Assembly (NCBI GenBank): GCA_017417215.1
Contig: JAFPZP010000083.1
Span: 906-64,905, forward strand
DNA length: 64,000 nt
Origin: Candidatus Rifleibacteriota bacterium
GTDB taxonomy: Bacteria > Muiribacteriota > Ozemobacteria > Ozemobacterales > Ozemobacteraceae
Reading direction: 5' to 3'
A program made the position numbers and the translations under genes. This document shows positions 18,392 to 28,481 of the stretch, piece by piece. Under the pieces are notes generated by a model. It was not told the DNA's origin. It worked only from the letters and a program-made list of their open reading frames with translations, and did not search any database. Every line of letters starts with the position of its first letter. The first letter of the stretch is position 1.

Positions 18392-18495
18392 AGAGCAACA
18401 GAGCAAGAGAGCGGAAGAGCAGAGAGCCAAGCAAAGCTTGGCTTAATGTGTGGTTGGTGGTGAGTGGTGGGTAGTGAGTAAGCGGTTGGTGGGGG
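18392..18495 (+). repeat. AGAGC tract + CCAAGC..GCTTGG palindrome + GGT-rich tract (no B element attached)
   Basis: The sequence is agagcaacagagcaagagagcggaagagcagagagCCAAGCaaaGCTTGGcttaatgtgtggttggtggtgagtggtgggtagtgagtaagcggttggtggggg. Confidence 0.8.
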
Positions 18496-18518
18496 AGCTT
18501 CGGGAAAGAAAAGACCCC

Positions 18519-18547
18519 TTGACTAAGAATATATAAGCAAGTAAAAT
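18519..18547 (+). promoter_or_regulatory. sigma-70-type promoter upstream of gpsA (TTGACT-17-TAAAAT)
   Basis: The sequence is TTGACTaagaatatataagcaagTAAAAT, about 130 nt upstream of the gpsA ATG. Confidence 0.4.
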
Positions 18548-18677
18548 GATTGAGTTCTTTTGGTATTAAAGAGTTTATTTCTATTTTCAGAAGTAAATAA
18601 AGAATCAAAAATCATAAAAATAGATAACAACTAAACAATATATATATAGAATAAAAAAATAATGCGGAGGCAAACAA

Positions 18678-19688
18678 ATGAAATTTGCTGTTATTGGAGC
18701 AGGTTCCTGGGGAACAACTCTTGCTAATCTTCTTAGCAACAACGGTCATAAAGTAATGCTTTGGGCAAGAGAACCCGAAGTAGTCGCAGGCATAAACACA
18801 GATAGACACAATCCTTACTTTGTATCACACTTAGAAATTAATCCAACATTGGTATGCACCAATGATATGGATGAAGCAATTAATGCTTCAGAACTAGCTT
18901 TAATTTCTATTCCATCAGGTTTTATAAAAGACACTCTTGAACCTCATAAAGAAAGTTTAAGAAAATTAAGAGGCATAGCTAACGTAGCAAAAGGCTTTGA
19001 ACGAGGAACCGGCAGACGTATTTCCCAGATGCTTTGTGAAATATTAGGTATAGAACCAGATTCAGCAGAAGATCATATTGCTTGCCTTTCAGGACCCAAT
19101 ATTGCTGACGAAGTTGCCAAACAAAAATTAGGCGCCTGCGTCATAGCTTCTCCTGATGTTGAACTGGCAAAAACCTTACAGCAGTGCCTTTCCACAAATT
19201 ATTTCAGAGTATACAGTCAGAATGACCGCACAGGCGTTGAACTTGGCGGAACTTTAAAGAATATTTATGCTATAGGCGCAGGCATTGTAGACGGTCTTGA
19301 ATTAGGTGACAACTGCAAAGCAGCATATTTAACAAGAAGTCTTCACGAACTTGTTAAGCTTGGAACTGCCTTAGGCGGCCAAGCCCAGACATTTTACGGT
19401 TTAACAGGTTTGGGCGATCTGATGACCACATCAAATTCTATTCTTTCAAGAAACCATAGATTAGGTGCAGCTATGGCGAAAGGAACCAGCCTAAAAGAAT
19501 TTACCGAATCAATGAAAATGGTAGTCGAAGGAGTAGAAACAACAAAAATTGCAAATGAATGGGGTAAAAAATTAAATCTTGAGCTCCCAATTACCGAAGA
19601 GTTATATAGAATACTTTTCGAAGGACAACCTGCAAAATCGGCAGCCCAGAATTTAATGGGTAGAGCGCTGAAAGCAGAGACAGATTGA
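18678..19688 (+). CDS. gpsA: NAD(P)H-dependent glycerol-3-phosphate dehydrogenase
   Basis: It has MKFAVIGAGSWGTTLANLL (Rossmann fold), the GTLKNIYAIGAG motif, and GLGDLMTTSNS..SRN. The RBS is GGAGG. Confidence 0.95.
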   Translation: MKFAVIGAGSWGTTLANLLSNNGHKVMLWAREPEVVAGINTDRHNPYFVSHLEINPTLVCTNDMDEAINASELALISIPSGFIKDTLEPHKESLRKLRGIANVAKGFERGTGRRISQMLCEILGIEPDSAEDHIACLSGPNIADEVAKQKLGACVIASPDVELAKTLQQCLSTNYFRVYSQNDRTGVELGGTLKNIYAIGAGIVDGLELGDNCKAAYLTRSLHELVKLGTALGGQAQTFYGLTGLGDLMTTSNSILSRNHRLGAAMAKGTSLKEFTESMKMVVEGVETTKIANEWGKKLNLELPITEELYRILFEGQPAKSAAQNLMGRALKAETD

Positions 19689-19710
19689 TTTACAATAGGA
19701 GCGTAGGCAA

Positions 19711-21030
19711 ATGAAGTTTTTTAAGTCGCCCTTGTTTATTGCGGTATTGACAGTGTTTTTAGGTGTATTTTTTATTAGTATTATTTTTATGCAGAGTAAA
19801 AATACACCAACGGTAGAGAACAAACCTAACAATACTGTATCTCAGAAAGTAGAACCGAAGGCGGGTGATGAAACAAAGCCTACTACAAGCACTCCGATAA
19901 GTTTTGCAAAGGTTGAAGAAAAGACTACTACTGAAAAGCAACAGGTATTAGTATCCTTTGTAAATGAAAACAATCAGGCTATAGCTCAAAAAGAAGTTCC
20001 TCTATATGAAATTACAAAAGTTGAAAAAGGTTCAGAACCAGCTAAGATAGTTTCTGTAGTTGCAAACGGGGAATTAGCCAAGAGTCTGATAGATGATATC
20101 AAGCTTCCAAATGAAAAACATGCAGATGCAAAAATCATCAAAACAGACAGTAAGTTTGAAAAAATTGTAAGTTCTGGTTCTGGTCTTGAAGTAGACAAGG
20201 AAAAAACACTTCAGGAACTCGAAAAAAGTATTCAAAGCAATGCTGTAGCCAAAAAATTCGACAAAATTGATGTAAAGATAATAACCAAGAAAAATGAGGG
20301 GTTTTCCGAAAAAATGAATGAGATGGGTTTTAAAACTTTACTTGCCAAATTCAGAACCACACATCCTGGTCATATTGATGATGCAGGAAGAAATGTTAAT
20401 CTTGCAATTGCTTCAAAGAAGATTAACGGTTTGATAATTCCACCGAATGGTAAATTCAGCTTTAACAAAGTAGTAGGTGAAAGAAGCAGAGCCAATGGTT
20501 TCAAAGAAGCTGGTGTTATTTCTCAGGGCAGAGTCATTCCTGGACTTGGCGGCGGAATTTGTCAGGTAAGTACAACCCTTTACAGAGCGGTTCTTCTCAG
20601 TGGTGCAAAAATCAATGAACGTCACAATCATTCAATCTATGACGGCATTGAATATGCTGAACGCGGTCTTGATGCTGCTGTAGCCTGGGGTTATAAAGAT
20701 TTTAAATTTACAAACGGTCTGGACCTTCCAATATTAATTACCAGCACTTCAGGAGAAGGCTGGGTAGAAGTTTCTATTTATGCTTCACAGAAGCCGTTTG
20801 AATCAATAGAACTTTATACTCGTAATGAAGTTAAACGCCCCTACAAAACTGAAAAACGCATTAACAACAAGTTAAAATCAGGTGAAGTAAAGGTTGTTCA
20901 CCCTGGTGTAGACGGTTATACAGTTGAAGCCTACAGATTGACCACTACTTCTGACGGCAAAGCCAAGGAAGAACGCTTAAGCAAAGACAACTACCTTACC
21001 TATAACAGAATAGAAGAAAGAAGCAACTGA
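19711..21030 (+). CDS. VanW-family protein, membrane anchored
   Basis: It has an N-terminal TM. The core GFKEAGVISQGRVIPGLGGGICQVSTTLYRAVLLSGAKINERHNHS is typical of the VanW domain. Confidence 0.75.
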   Translation: MKFFKSPLFIAVLTVFLGVFFISIIFMQSKNTPTVENKPNNTVSQKVEPKAGDETKPTTSTPISFAKVEEKTTTEKQQVLVSFVNENNQAIAQKEVPLYEITKVEKGSEPAKIVSVVANGELAKSLIDDIKLPNEKHADAKIIKTDSKFEKIVSSGSGLEVDKEKTLQELEKSIQSNAVAKKFDKIDVKIITKKNEGFSEKMNEMGFKTLLAKFRTTHPGHIDDAGRNVNLAIASKKINGLIIPPNGKFSFNKVVGERSRANGFKEAGVISQGRVIPGLGGGICQVSTTLYRAVLLSGAKINERHNHSIYDGIEYAERGLDAAVAWGYKDFKFTNGLDLPILITSTSGEGWVEVSIYASQKPFESIELYTRNEVKRPYKTEKRINNKLKSGEVKVVHPGVDGYTVEAYRLTTTSDGKAKEERLSKDNYLTYNRIEERSN

Positions 21031-21031
21031 G

Positions 21032-22420
21032 ATGAAAAAGATTTCGTATTTGTTGCTTCTGGCTCTATTTATATGCCAAGCATATACAGCTGAAGCCAGT
21101 CTTGATTTTTCTAATTTTATTACAATCGGCTTTGAAGGAAAAGCCGAAATGGAGTTTAATCAGCCAGAAGATTTAATACAGGCTCCAGATGGCAATTATG
21201 TATTGGCAGACACTGGTAACAACCGTATTCAGGTTTTTGACCCCAGTGGTAAATTCATAAGAATCATTCCACCGCCAAAAGCTAAAAATGAAGCTCTTAC
21301 TGCTCAACCAACAGACAATAGACCTGCAAATCTAATCAAATTAGAAAACAACGGGTTAAGAAAACCAGTTGGTTTAGCCTTTGACTCTGAGGGTAAGCTT
21401 TATGTAACCTTGATGAATAATGACATGATAGTTGTCATAGACTACCCCACAGGTCAGGTCAAAGGAACCATAGGCAGCAGTGGTAAAAAAGAAGGTCAGT
21501 TCTGGATGCCTATGGATATAGACATAGACGACCAGGACCGTATTGCTGTTGCAGAATTCAGAAATAAACGTGTTCAAATTCTTGATTTAGACGGAAACCA
21601 GATAAACGAAATCCTTTATCAGGAACAGACAGAAAAAGGCGGTTTCAGACAGCTTGAACCAAGAGGAGTTTTCTGGACAGCAGATGGTGATTTAATAGTC
21701 ACCTACCCCAACTATCATCAGGTTGTTTGCTGGAATATAAAAGATGGTCAGGTTCGCTGGCGTTACGGCGGAAAAGCTTCAGGGAACAAAAAAGGCATGC
21801 TGAACAATCCTTCTTTTGTTACCCAGGGTGTAGACAGCCATTTAATGATTTCAGACACAAAGAATCATAGAATTGTTGAAATAACAAGAGATGGCAAGTT
21901 CTATGAAAGTCATAGTCAAAAAGGTTCATCAAAAGGCAGATTGAATTTTCCCAGAGGTTTGATCTTAACAAAAGATGAAACAATGGTAGTTGCAGACTCA
22001 GGCAACAGCAGAATACAGTTCTTTACAGCCGGAGCAACTACACTTTTATTAAAAGAAGCCAAGGCTTTGGCCAACAAAGATGATTGGAATGCTGTAATGA
22101 TGAATGTTGAAAAAGTTCTTCAATTACAACCCAACAATGAACAAGCCTTAGATTTAAAAGTAAATGCCTTGTATTACTTTGGTGATAATGCTTTTAAGAA
22201 CCAGGATTATGATAAAGCAGAAGATTACTACAGAATGGTCTTGAGATATAGACCGGATGATGGTAATATACCCCAAAAGCTTGATGCAATATTCTGGGAA
22301 AACAACAGACCCATACTGGTTGCTGCAGTAGCAATAGTACTTGGTCTCATAGGTTTAGTCACCATTATTTGGTTATTAAAACTTGTTTTCAGAAGAATAA
22401 AGGCAAAAGTAACAGAATAA
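21032..22420 (+). CDS. NHL-repeat beta-propeller protein with TPR-like segment and C-terminal TM anchor
   Basis: It has a signal peptide. NHL-type units recur: NNRIQVFDPSGKF, NKRVQILDLDGNQ, NHRIVEITRDGKF and NSRIQFF. The C-terminus is hydrophobic (ILVAAVAIVLGLIGLVTIIWLL). Confidence 0.7.
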   Translation: MKKISYLLLLALFICQAYTAEASLDFSNFITIGFEGKAEMEFNQPEDLIQAPDGNYVLADTGNNRIQVFDPSGKFIRIIPPPKAKNEALTAQPTDNRPANLIKLENNGLRKPVGLAFDSEGKLYVTLMNNDMIVVIDYPTGQVKGTIGSSGKKEGQFWMPMDIDIDDQDRIAVAEFRNKRVQILDLDGNQINEILYQEQTEKGGFRQLEPRGVFWTADGDLIVTYPNYHQVVCWNIKDGQVRWRYGGKASGNKKGMLNNPSFVTQGVDSHLMISDTKNHRIVEITRDGKFYESHSQKGSSKGRLNFPRGLILTKDETMVVADSGNSRIQFFTAGATTLLLKEAKALANKDDWNAVMMNVEKVLQLQPNNEQALDLKVNALYYFGDNAFKNQDYDKAEDYYRMVLRYRPDDGNIPQKLDAIFWENNRPILVAAVAIVLGLIGLVTIIWLLKLVFRRIKAKVTE

Positions 22421-22448
22421 CAAATAGATTTCTTAGGGGAATATACTC

Positions 22449-24251
22449 TTGTCACTGAATAGAATTCGCAACTTTTGTATCGTAGCACATATAGACCATG
22501 GTAAATCAACCCTGGCAGACCGTTTAATTGAATTTACCTCGACTGTTAGCAAACGTGAGATGAAAGATCAGCTTCTTGATTCCATGGATTTGGAAAAAGA
22601 ACGCGGTATCACGATTAAAGCTCAGGCTGTTAGAATGAACTATACAGCCAAAGATGGTCAGGAATACTGTTTAAATCTAATCGACACCCCAGGGCACGTT
22701 GATTTCTCTTATGAAGTTTCGCGCTCTATAGCAGCTTGTGAAGGCGCTTTGCTTGTAGTAGATGCAACTCAGGGTGTAGAAGCCCAGACTATGGCTAATG
22801 CCACTCTTGCAATAGCAAACGATCTTGAAATTATTCCCGTAATAAATAAAATAGATTTGCCTTCTTCCGACCCAGATAAAGTTAAAGAAGAAATAGAAAA
22901 CCTTATAGGAGTTGACTGTTCTGATGCTTTGTTGGTATCGGCAAAAGAAGGAACTGGCGTTCCTGAACTTTTAGAAGCTATAGTTGCAAGAATACCAGCA
23001 CCTAAGGGCGAAGAAGAAAAGCCATTAAGAGCCTTAGTATTTGACGCTGTTTACGACTCTTATAAAGGCGTAATTGTCTATATCAGAATAGTCGACGGCT
23101 GTATCAAAAAAGGTGACAGAATCAAATTCAAAGAAACAGAAGAATCCTTTGAAGTTATTGAAACTGGCGTATTTACACCTAAGATGACTCTTACCGACAG
23201 TCTGGAAACCGGTAAAGTCGGCTTCTTTGATGCAACCATAAAAGAAATGAGACAGGTTCACATCGGCGATACCGTTGTTTTAGAAAAGTTCAAAGATGTG
23301 GAAGCAATACCTGGCTTCCAAAAAGCGAAACAGATGGTTTTCTGCGGTCTATACCCTGTTGAAACCAACGCATTCAATGATTTGAGAACTGCTCTTGAAA
23401 AGCTTACGCTGAACGACGCAAGTCTATCTTATTTCCCAGAAAATTCATTAGCCTTAGGCTTTGGGTTCAGATGCGGTTTTTTAGGTCTTCTTCACATGGA
23501 AATCATTCAAGAACGACTTGAAAGAGAATATGATTTAGACTTGGTTACAACCGCTCCAAACGTTATTTATCAAGTTAAGCTGGTTGATGGTTCTGTAATT
23601 GAAATAGATTCTCCTTCCAAGCTTCCTGATTTAACCAAGATAGAAGAAATAAGAGAACCCTTTGTTCATGCAACCATATTTATGCCCAAAGAATTTATCG
23701 GCACCATTATGGAACTTGCAAAAGAACGCCGTGGCGTTATGGACACCATGGAATTCATTTCTGAAAATCGTGTTTCTATCTCTTTCGACTTGCCTCTTTC
23801 AGAAATAATCGTTGATTTCTATGACAAGTTAAAGAGCAGAACCAGAGGCTATGCATCTCTAGACTATGAAAACATAGGTTACAGAGCTTCTAATATTTCA
23901 AGAGTAGAAATACTTGTTAACGGCGACAAGGTTGATGCTCTCTCATTCCTTTGCCATAAAGATAAAGCAGAATACAGAGGAAGAAATGTTATTACCAAAC
24001 TTAGAAAGCTGATACCTCGTCATCAGTTCCAGATTCCATTGCAGGCTGCTATTGGAGCAAAGATTATTGCTCGTGAAAACATTGCACCAGTCAGAAAAGA
24101 CGTTTTAGCCAAATGTTATGGCGGTGACATCACCAGAAAGCGCAAACTCCTTGAAAAGCAGAAAGAAGGGAAAAAGCGCATGAAGATGGTTGGTAATGTT
24201 GAAATACCGCAGAAAGCTTTTATGGCGGTATTGAAGCCGGATGAAGACTAA
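22449..24251 (+). CDS. lepA: translation elongation factor 4
   Basis: It has [29 protein letters not shown] and NKIDL, plus the LepA-specific C-terminus ...[25 protein letters not shown] start with an AGGGGA RBS. Confidence 0.97.
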   Translation: MSLNRIRNFCIVAHIDHGKSTLADRLIEFTSTVSKREMKDQLLDSMDLEKERGITIKAQAVRMNYTAKDGQEYCLNLIDTPGHVDFSYEVSRSIAACEGALLVVDATQGVEAQTMANATLAIANDLEIIPVINKIDLPSSDPDKVKEEIENLIGVDCSDALLVSAKEGTGVPELLEAIVARIPAPKGEEEKPLRALVFDAVYDSYKGVIVYIRIVDGCIKKGDRIKFKETEESFEVIETGVFTPKMTLTDSLETGKVGFFDATIKEMRQVHIGDTVVLEKFKDVEAIPGFQKAKQMVFCGLYPVETNAFNDLRTALEKLTLNDASLSYFPENSLALGFGFRCGFLGLLHMEIIQERLEREYDLDLVTTAPNVIYQVKLVDGSVIEIDSPSKLPDLTKIEEIREPFVHATIFMPKEFIGTIMELAKERRGVMDTMEFISENRVSISFDLPLSEIIVDFYDKLKSRTRGYASLDYENIGYRASNISRVEILVNGDKVDALSFLCHKDKAEYRGRNVITKLRKLIPRHQFQIPLQAAIGAKIIARENIAPVRKDVLAKCYGGDITRKRKLLEKQKEGKKRMKMVGNVEIPQKAFMAVLKPDED

Positions 24252-24255
24252 AAAA

Positions 24256-24287
24256 ACAAGGCTTGGGAATCCAAGCCTTGTTTTTTT
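24256..24287 (+). terminator. Rho-independent terminator of lepA
   Basis: The sequence is acaaggcttgg-gaat-ccaagccttgt followed by T7, 5 nt after the stop. Confidence 0.85.
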
Positions 24288-24304
24288 AGTCTCAACGAAA
24301 GTCT

Positions 24305-24369
24305 CTGCTTTTTCTGATGATGCTGCCCTAGAATACCCTCTTTCGTAAAGAGGGATGTCACGAAGTGAC
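24305..24369 (+). repeat. family D module, copy 1
   Basis: ctgctttttctgatgatgctgccc is followed by mini-hairpins, including gtcacgaagtgac. It parallels 24609-24663. Confidence 0.7.
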
Positions 24370-24512
24370 AGGGAGATTTTTAATAACAAAATAGTCTTCA
24401 GACTTAACTTTCTACTGCTCGGCAAAGTTCTCAAAAATCCCCTAGACTACTCCGTAGTCTTTCCCCTTTGAGAAAGGGGATGATTAATAGCTTAATGATG
24501 GGTGGTGAGGGT

Positions 24513-24553
24513 TCTAAAGCCCATACGCTATACTTTTTATGACAAATGTGTAG
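24513..24553. repeat. family A element, right arm only (truncated copy)
   Basis: ctaaagcccatacgctatactttttatgacaaatgtgtag is preceded by a GGT-rich stub (atgatgggtggtgagggt). Confidence 0.8.
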
Positions 24554-24608
24554 CCAATTAATACAATCCAATTTGGACTAAAAAAATATTTATAGCAATA
24601 GTTTGTTA

Positions 24609-24784
24609 CTGCTTTTTCTGAAGATGCTGCCCCACGATAGTGGGGAAGCTGTCACGTAGTGACTGAAGGGGGAGCAATGCAAAGCATTGCGTTTATACTT
24701 AGAAGAATTACGCAAAGCTACGCTTTGCTCGCCCCTCAGCTTCACTACGTTCAGCAGCTCCCCCGCAAGCAGGGGAGCATCTTC
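24609..24784. repeat. family D module copy 2, embedded in a ~165-nt nested imperfect palindrome
   Basis: The outer arms gaagatgctgcccc (24620-24633) and ggggagcatcttc (24772-24784) pair. The inner arms ggggaagctgtcacgtagtgactgaaggggg and cccctcagcttcactacgttcagcagctcccc also pair. The central hairpins are gcaatgcaaagcattgc and gcaaagctacgctttgc. Confidence 0.75.
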
Positions 24785-24840
24785 GGCTGCCACCCAAGCG
24801 ACTCACTTGCTAACTGATGGGGTCTTCATCTAGAGAAGCT

Positions 24841-25449
24841 TTAGGCTTTTTTGTAGTAAGCGAGTTCGCCAGAGCAATACTGGCAAAGCTTATCTTCAGG
24901 TTTTGCTTTAGTAAATGATTCACCACATTTTTCGCAGATACCGCAATCAAGAATAGGTGGCTTTTCTGTATCTGTAACAATTACATCTTCCAGGGTAAAA
25001 ATATTTCTACCACAATCTACAAGCTGTTGAACAACCAAAGCATTTGAAGTTTTTCTTTCAGGACCAAAATTTTTAACTTCTGGAGCACGTTCTCTTCTGA
25101 AAAACTTATATAATTCAGAGTATTTTTCTTTATCTATCTTGTTCTGGTCTACATAGATGCGAACGCCTTTTCCAGATTTTCGGTCATAAAGAGTCATAGC
25201 AAAACGACCGATGGATTCCAATATTTTTAATTCACCGTTACCAATGGTGCAACCAAGCATATATTGTATGGCATCTGGCATACAAGCTCTTGTTTCGGTA
25301 ATTGCACAAAGTTTTGGAACATCGCCTAAGCGTTCTTTTGCCTGGTTAACCATTTCTACTGAAACAGCAATACCAGGGGCTCTTTTAGTATGGAAAGCGA
25401 AAACTTTTTCGACAAGCTGTAAGAATTCTTCGTTATTTAGTTTGCTCAT
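24841..25449 (-). CDS. FmdE/FwdE-family protein with C-terminal zinc ribbon
   Basis: HTKRAPGIAVSVEMV and CMPDAIQYMLGCTIGNGELKI resemble the FmdE domain. The C-terminus reads CGICEKCGESF...CQYC. Confidence 0.5.
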   Translation of the reverse strand: MSKLNNEEFLQLVEKVFAFHTKRAPGIAVSVEMVNQAKERLGDVPKLCAITETRACMPDAIQYMLGCTIGNGELKILESIGRFAMTLYDRKSGKGVRIYVDQNKIDKEKYSELYKFFRRERAPEVKNFGPERKTSNALVVQQLVDCGRNIFTLEDVIVTDTEKPPILDCGICEKCGESFTKAKPEDKLCQYCSGELAYYKKA

Positions 25450-25655
25450 TTTTAATCCTATCTAATATATATTTTAGACTATTATAGCAGATTTTATATG
25501 CTTTTGCTATACCCCCTGTGTGCAATTTGAGGACATAGGACAAATAGATTAGAGTGAATCAATAGTGAAGAAATAAGAAAAGAGGATATTAAGTGACCGA
25601 AAGGAACTTGTCCGAAAGCTAGAAATTTGATGAAAAATCAGTATTTGTTTGTAGC

Positions 25656-25728
25656 CTACACATTGTCATAAACGTATAGCTTTCAGGGCTAAAGCCCATA
25701 CGCTATACTTATTATGATAAATATGTAG
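25656..25728. repeat. family A 73-nt palindromic element, copy 3
   Basis: The sequence is ctacacattgtcataaacgtatagctttcagggctaaagcccatacgctatacttattatgataaatatgtag. Its left flank, gaaatttgatgaaaaatcagtatttgtttgtagc, is shared with the copy at 63358. Confidence 0.9.
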
Positions 25729-25757
25729 GCTTTTCTTATCTCTCGATTCTTTTAAAA

Positions 25758-25920
25758 GCGGACAGTTGCTTGCTCAACCTTATTCTCCTCCGCGGTCTCT
25801 GTAAATTTGTACCTTCGGATAGACTTTGAGGGAACGAGCCTTGTGCGGAGAATAGAGGTCTCGCGTCTACTGTCCGCTCACTCACCACCTACCACCAACC
25901 ACTCATCGCGCTAAGCTTAG
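25758..25920 (-). repeat. composite 3'-end element, copy 2 (reverse orientation)
   Basis: The 120-nt B element (25758-25877) is bounded by gcggacag/ctgtccgc. It is followed by tcactcaccacctaccaccaaccactcatcgcg (the GGT tract on the minus strand) and the palindrome ctaagcttag. It ends 2 nt from the stop (25923-25925) of the minus-strand HEAT gene. Confidence 0.9.
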
Positions 25921-25922
25921 GG

Positions 25923-28415
25923 TTAGCTGTGTTTTTCCAAAGCGAGGCGGGCATTTCTCTTAACGTCAATAGAAATGTCGCCGTTAGCCATTCTTCTAAG
26001 AGCTTCTTCAGCTGAATAATCAGGAATATCAGCCAAAGCCTTAACTACAGCATAACGAACTTCTGTAGACATATCTCTTTCGCAGGTTAAAATAAGCTTT
26101 AAAGCTTCCATGTTTGCTATTCTACCAAGAGCGTTGATAGTAGCGACTCTTACAGATTCATTTCTATCTTTTAAAGCACCGCGAAGAAGTATTATAGATT
26201 CTTTACTCTGAGGATAATCACCAAGCATGTTGGCTGCATTTCCTCTGACAGTTGGGCTATCATCAAGCAATTTCAAACGAATTTTATCAAATTCTAAAGA
26301 AAGACCAGTAATCTTATCTAATGGGAGGTCTTCTTCTTCATTGATTTCAATATAATTAGCATTTTCTACTGGTTCAGCATATACTTCTTCAATATTGTTG
26401 CCATAGGTTTCTTCCCTAATACCTTCTTCTTGAGGAAGCTCACCACTCTTATACCCATCCAGTTCAACTACAACTTCTTCGGGGGTATTATTTACAGCAT
26501 CAAGTTCTTCGTTATTGAAGCCACGATTTGCTTCTTGTCTTGAATCCTGGACATAATCATCTTCATTGAAAAATACTTCACCAGAATAGTCTTCAGGATT
26601 AATACTCAGAACAGCTTCACCTTTTCTTGAATTTCTAGCTTTTACAGTTTCAGCAGCATCTAAAATAGCATCTCTTCTAGATGGTGGAACACTGCCATTT
26701 GCTTGATCTGCTTCAGCCTTAGCCTCATTAGCTGCTTTTTCACGATTAGCTTTTTCTATTGAATCATTGATAAAATTGATATCAGTATTAAACTTAGTTA
26801 CTTCAGAGAAGACTTCTGGAGCCACTTTTTCTTTTGCTAAACGATAAAGTTCCTGATCTAATCTACGGGAAGCATTAATCAGTTCTTCTATAACTTCTGG
26901 GTTTTCCTGCCCCATCAAAGCCATAGAAGCCTTGTAACATATTTCAGAATCGGCATCATTCAAGTAAGAACGCAAGATATCTATAGCTCTCTGATCTTTA
27001 AACTGGGAAAGAATTTCGATCTTTGCAATAATCTGGCTTTTTCTTTCTAAGCCGTTTTTCTCGTCTGACAGACGTTTGAAAACTTCTTCAAATGAATAAC
27101 TTGTTATAGCTTTTACAGCTGAGAAACGAACAACTTCGTTTTCGTCTTCTGCACATTTCATCAATGCTTTCAAAGCAACAGCAACGCCAGTAGTTCCAAG
27201 TGCATAAGCGGCTGAAGCTCTTACAAATTTATCTTCGTCTCTTGTGGCACCAATCAACGCTTCTACAACTTTAGGTTCAGAATGACCACTCAAAGCAGTA
27301 GCTGCTGCATATCTAACCGCAACATTATCGTCTTTTAATGCTTGGATTAAAGCAGCAACAGACTTTTCCGAACCCATTCCGCCAAGAGCCTCAGCAGCCA
27401 ATGCTCTTATAGCTTCTGATTCAAGAGTATTAGTAAGAGCTTTGCTTAAAGGTTCTACAATATCATCACTTTCTTCAATTCCAATAGCTGCCTTTGCAGC
27501 CATCTGTCTCATCTGTTCGTTATTGTCATTCAAGCCTTTTTTGACTAATTCTTTGCGAGGAATCGGGCTTCCGTCAGGCTGGAAATATTCTATTGGAAGC
27601 TGCTCAACCTTGAAAGCAACCATTTCTTTATAGTTTCTTGGAGCAGATTCCTGATTCTGAATATTAGTGGGATTATCATAGTTCTGTGTATCAGAAACTA
27701 CCAAAGCACCGCCAAGATACTCTTCTGCGGCCTTATAAAGTTCATCATCATTCTTTTTGGAAACTTCAAGAAGAGGTTCTATTGCTCTTTCATCGCCCAT
27801 AGCGCCAAGTATTTCAGCAGCAACCAAAGCGACAGATTCTTCGGGGTCATAAAGAGCATTAATCAACTCAGGAACAGCAGATTCAAGCTTCTGATAGCCT
27901 GCTTCCCTCATAGCAGCAATTCTATGTCTAACAGGTGCCTTAGGATTCTTGATGATACTTACTGGGTCGCTAATTAGAAGCTGATAATCCAATTCTACCT
28001 TAGGTTCTTCTTTTTTTACTTCCTGAGGTTTTTCCTCATTAGTCTTTTGATTATCTGTTACTTCACTAGAGTCAGTTACATTTTCTTCTGGTTTTGTTAC
28101 AGTTTTTACTAATAACTCTGTAGAATTATTTTCTTCTTGTTCAGCCATCTGATCAGCTGAAGCTTCAATTTTTATATCTTTTTCTTCTTCTTTGTCTACT
28201 ACTTCAACTTTTTCAACTTTTTTAATTGCGCTTCGAATCTTTGTTTTCTGAGCATCAGAAACTCCAGCAGGTTTTGCACCACCTACTTCTCTTACATTAG
28301 CCGGTAGTTTGGCGTGTGACATTTTATAACGTAGTATTAAAATGTGTGCAACTACTACGATAACCAGTATTACTACCGAAGAGATTAAAATTGTATCAAT
28401 ATCTAGATTATTCAT
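25923..28415 (-). CDS. HEAT-repeat (PBS-lyase-type) protein with N-terminal TM, 830 aa
   Basis: Helical repeats of the type VRxxAAxALGxxGDxRAIEPL recur, e.g. VRHRIAAMREAG, VALVAAEILGAMGDERAIEPLL, VRYAAATALSG, VRASAAYALG and VRVATINALGRI. The N-terminus is hydrophobic. Confidence 0.7.
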   Translation of the reverse strand: MNNLDIDTILISSVVILVIVVVAHILILRYKMSHAKLPANVREVGGAKPAGVSDAQKTKIRSAIKKVEKVEVVDKEEEKDIKIEASADQMAEQEENNSTELLVKTVTKPEENVTDSSEVTDNQKTNEEKPQEVKKEEPKVELDYQLLISDPVSIIKNPKAPVRHRIAAMREAGYQKLESAVPELINALYDPEESVALVAAEILGAMGDERAIEPLLEVSKKNDDELYKAAEEYLGGALVVSDTQNYDNPTNIQNQESAPRNYKEMVAFKVEQLPIEYFQPDGSPIPRKELVKKGLNDNNEQMRQMAAKAAIGIEESDDIVEPLSKALTNTLESEAIRALAAEALGGMGSEKSVAALIQALKDDNVAVRYAAATALSGHSEPKVVEALIGATRDEDKFVRASAAYALGTTGVAVALKALMKCAEDENEVVRFSAVKAITSYSFEEVFKRLSDEKNGLERKSQIIAKIEILSQFKDQRAIDILRSYLNDADSEICYKASMALMGQENPEVIEELINASRRLDQELYRLAKEKVAPEVFSEVTKFNTDINFINDSIEKANREKAANEAKAEADQANGSVPPSRRDAILDAAETVKARNSRKGEAVLSINPEDYSGEVFFNEDDYVQDSRQEANRGFNNEELDAVNNTPEEVVVELDGYKSGELPQEEGIREETYGNNIEEVYAEPVENANYIEINEEEDLPLDKITGLSLEFDKIRLKLLDDSPTVRGNAANMLGDYPQSKESIILLRGALKDRNESVRVATINALGRIANMEALKLILTCERDMSTEVRYAVVKALADIPDYSAEEALRRMANGDISIDVKRNARLALEKHS

Positions 28416-28481
28416 CGTTTTAATTTATCGACTTTATTTATATAATGATTTAAAATTTTTTTTATAGGTAATGAAATAAAT

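Noticed and set aside
24290-24840. tmRNA, SRP RNA or 6S RNA in the long non-coding gap after lepA
   Set aside because: I saw no tRNA-like acceptor/T-arm end and no SRP GGAAGCAGCC-type motif. The structure is explained by repeated small hairpins and palindromes shared with other loci.
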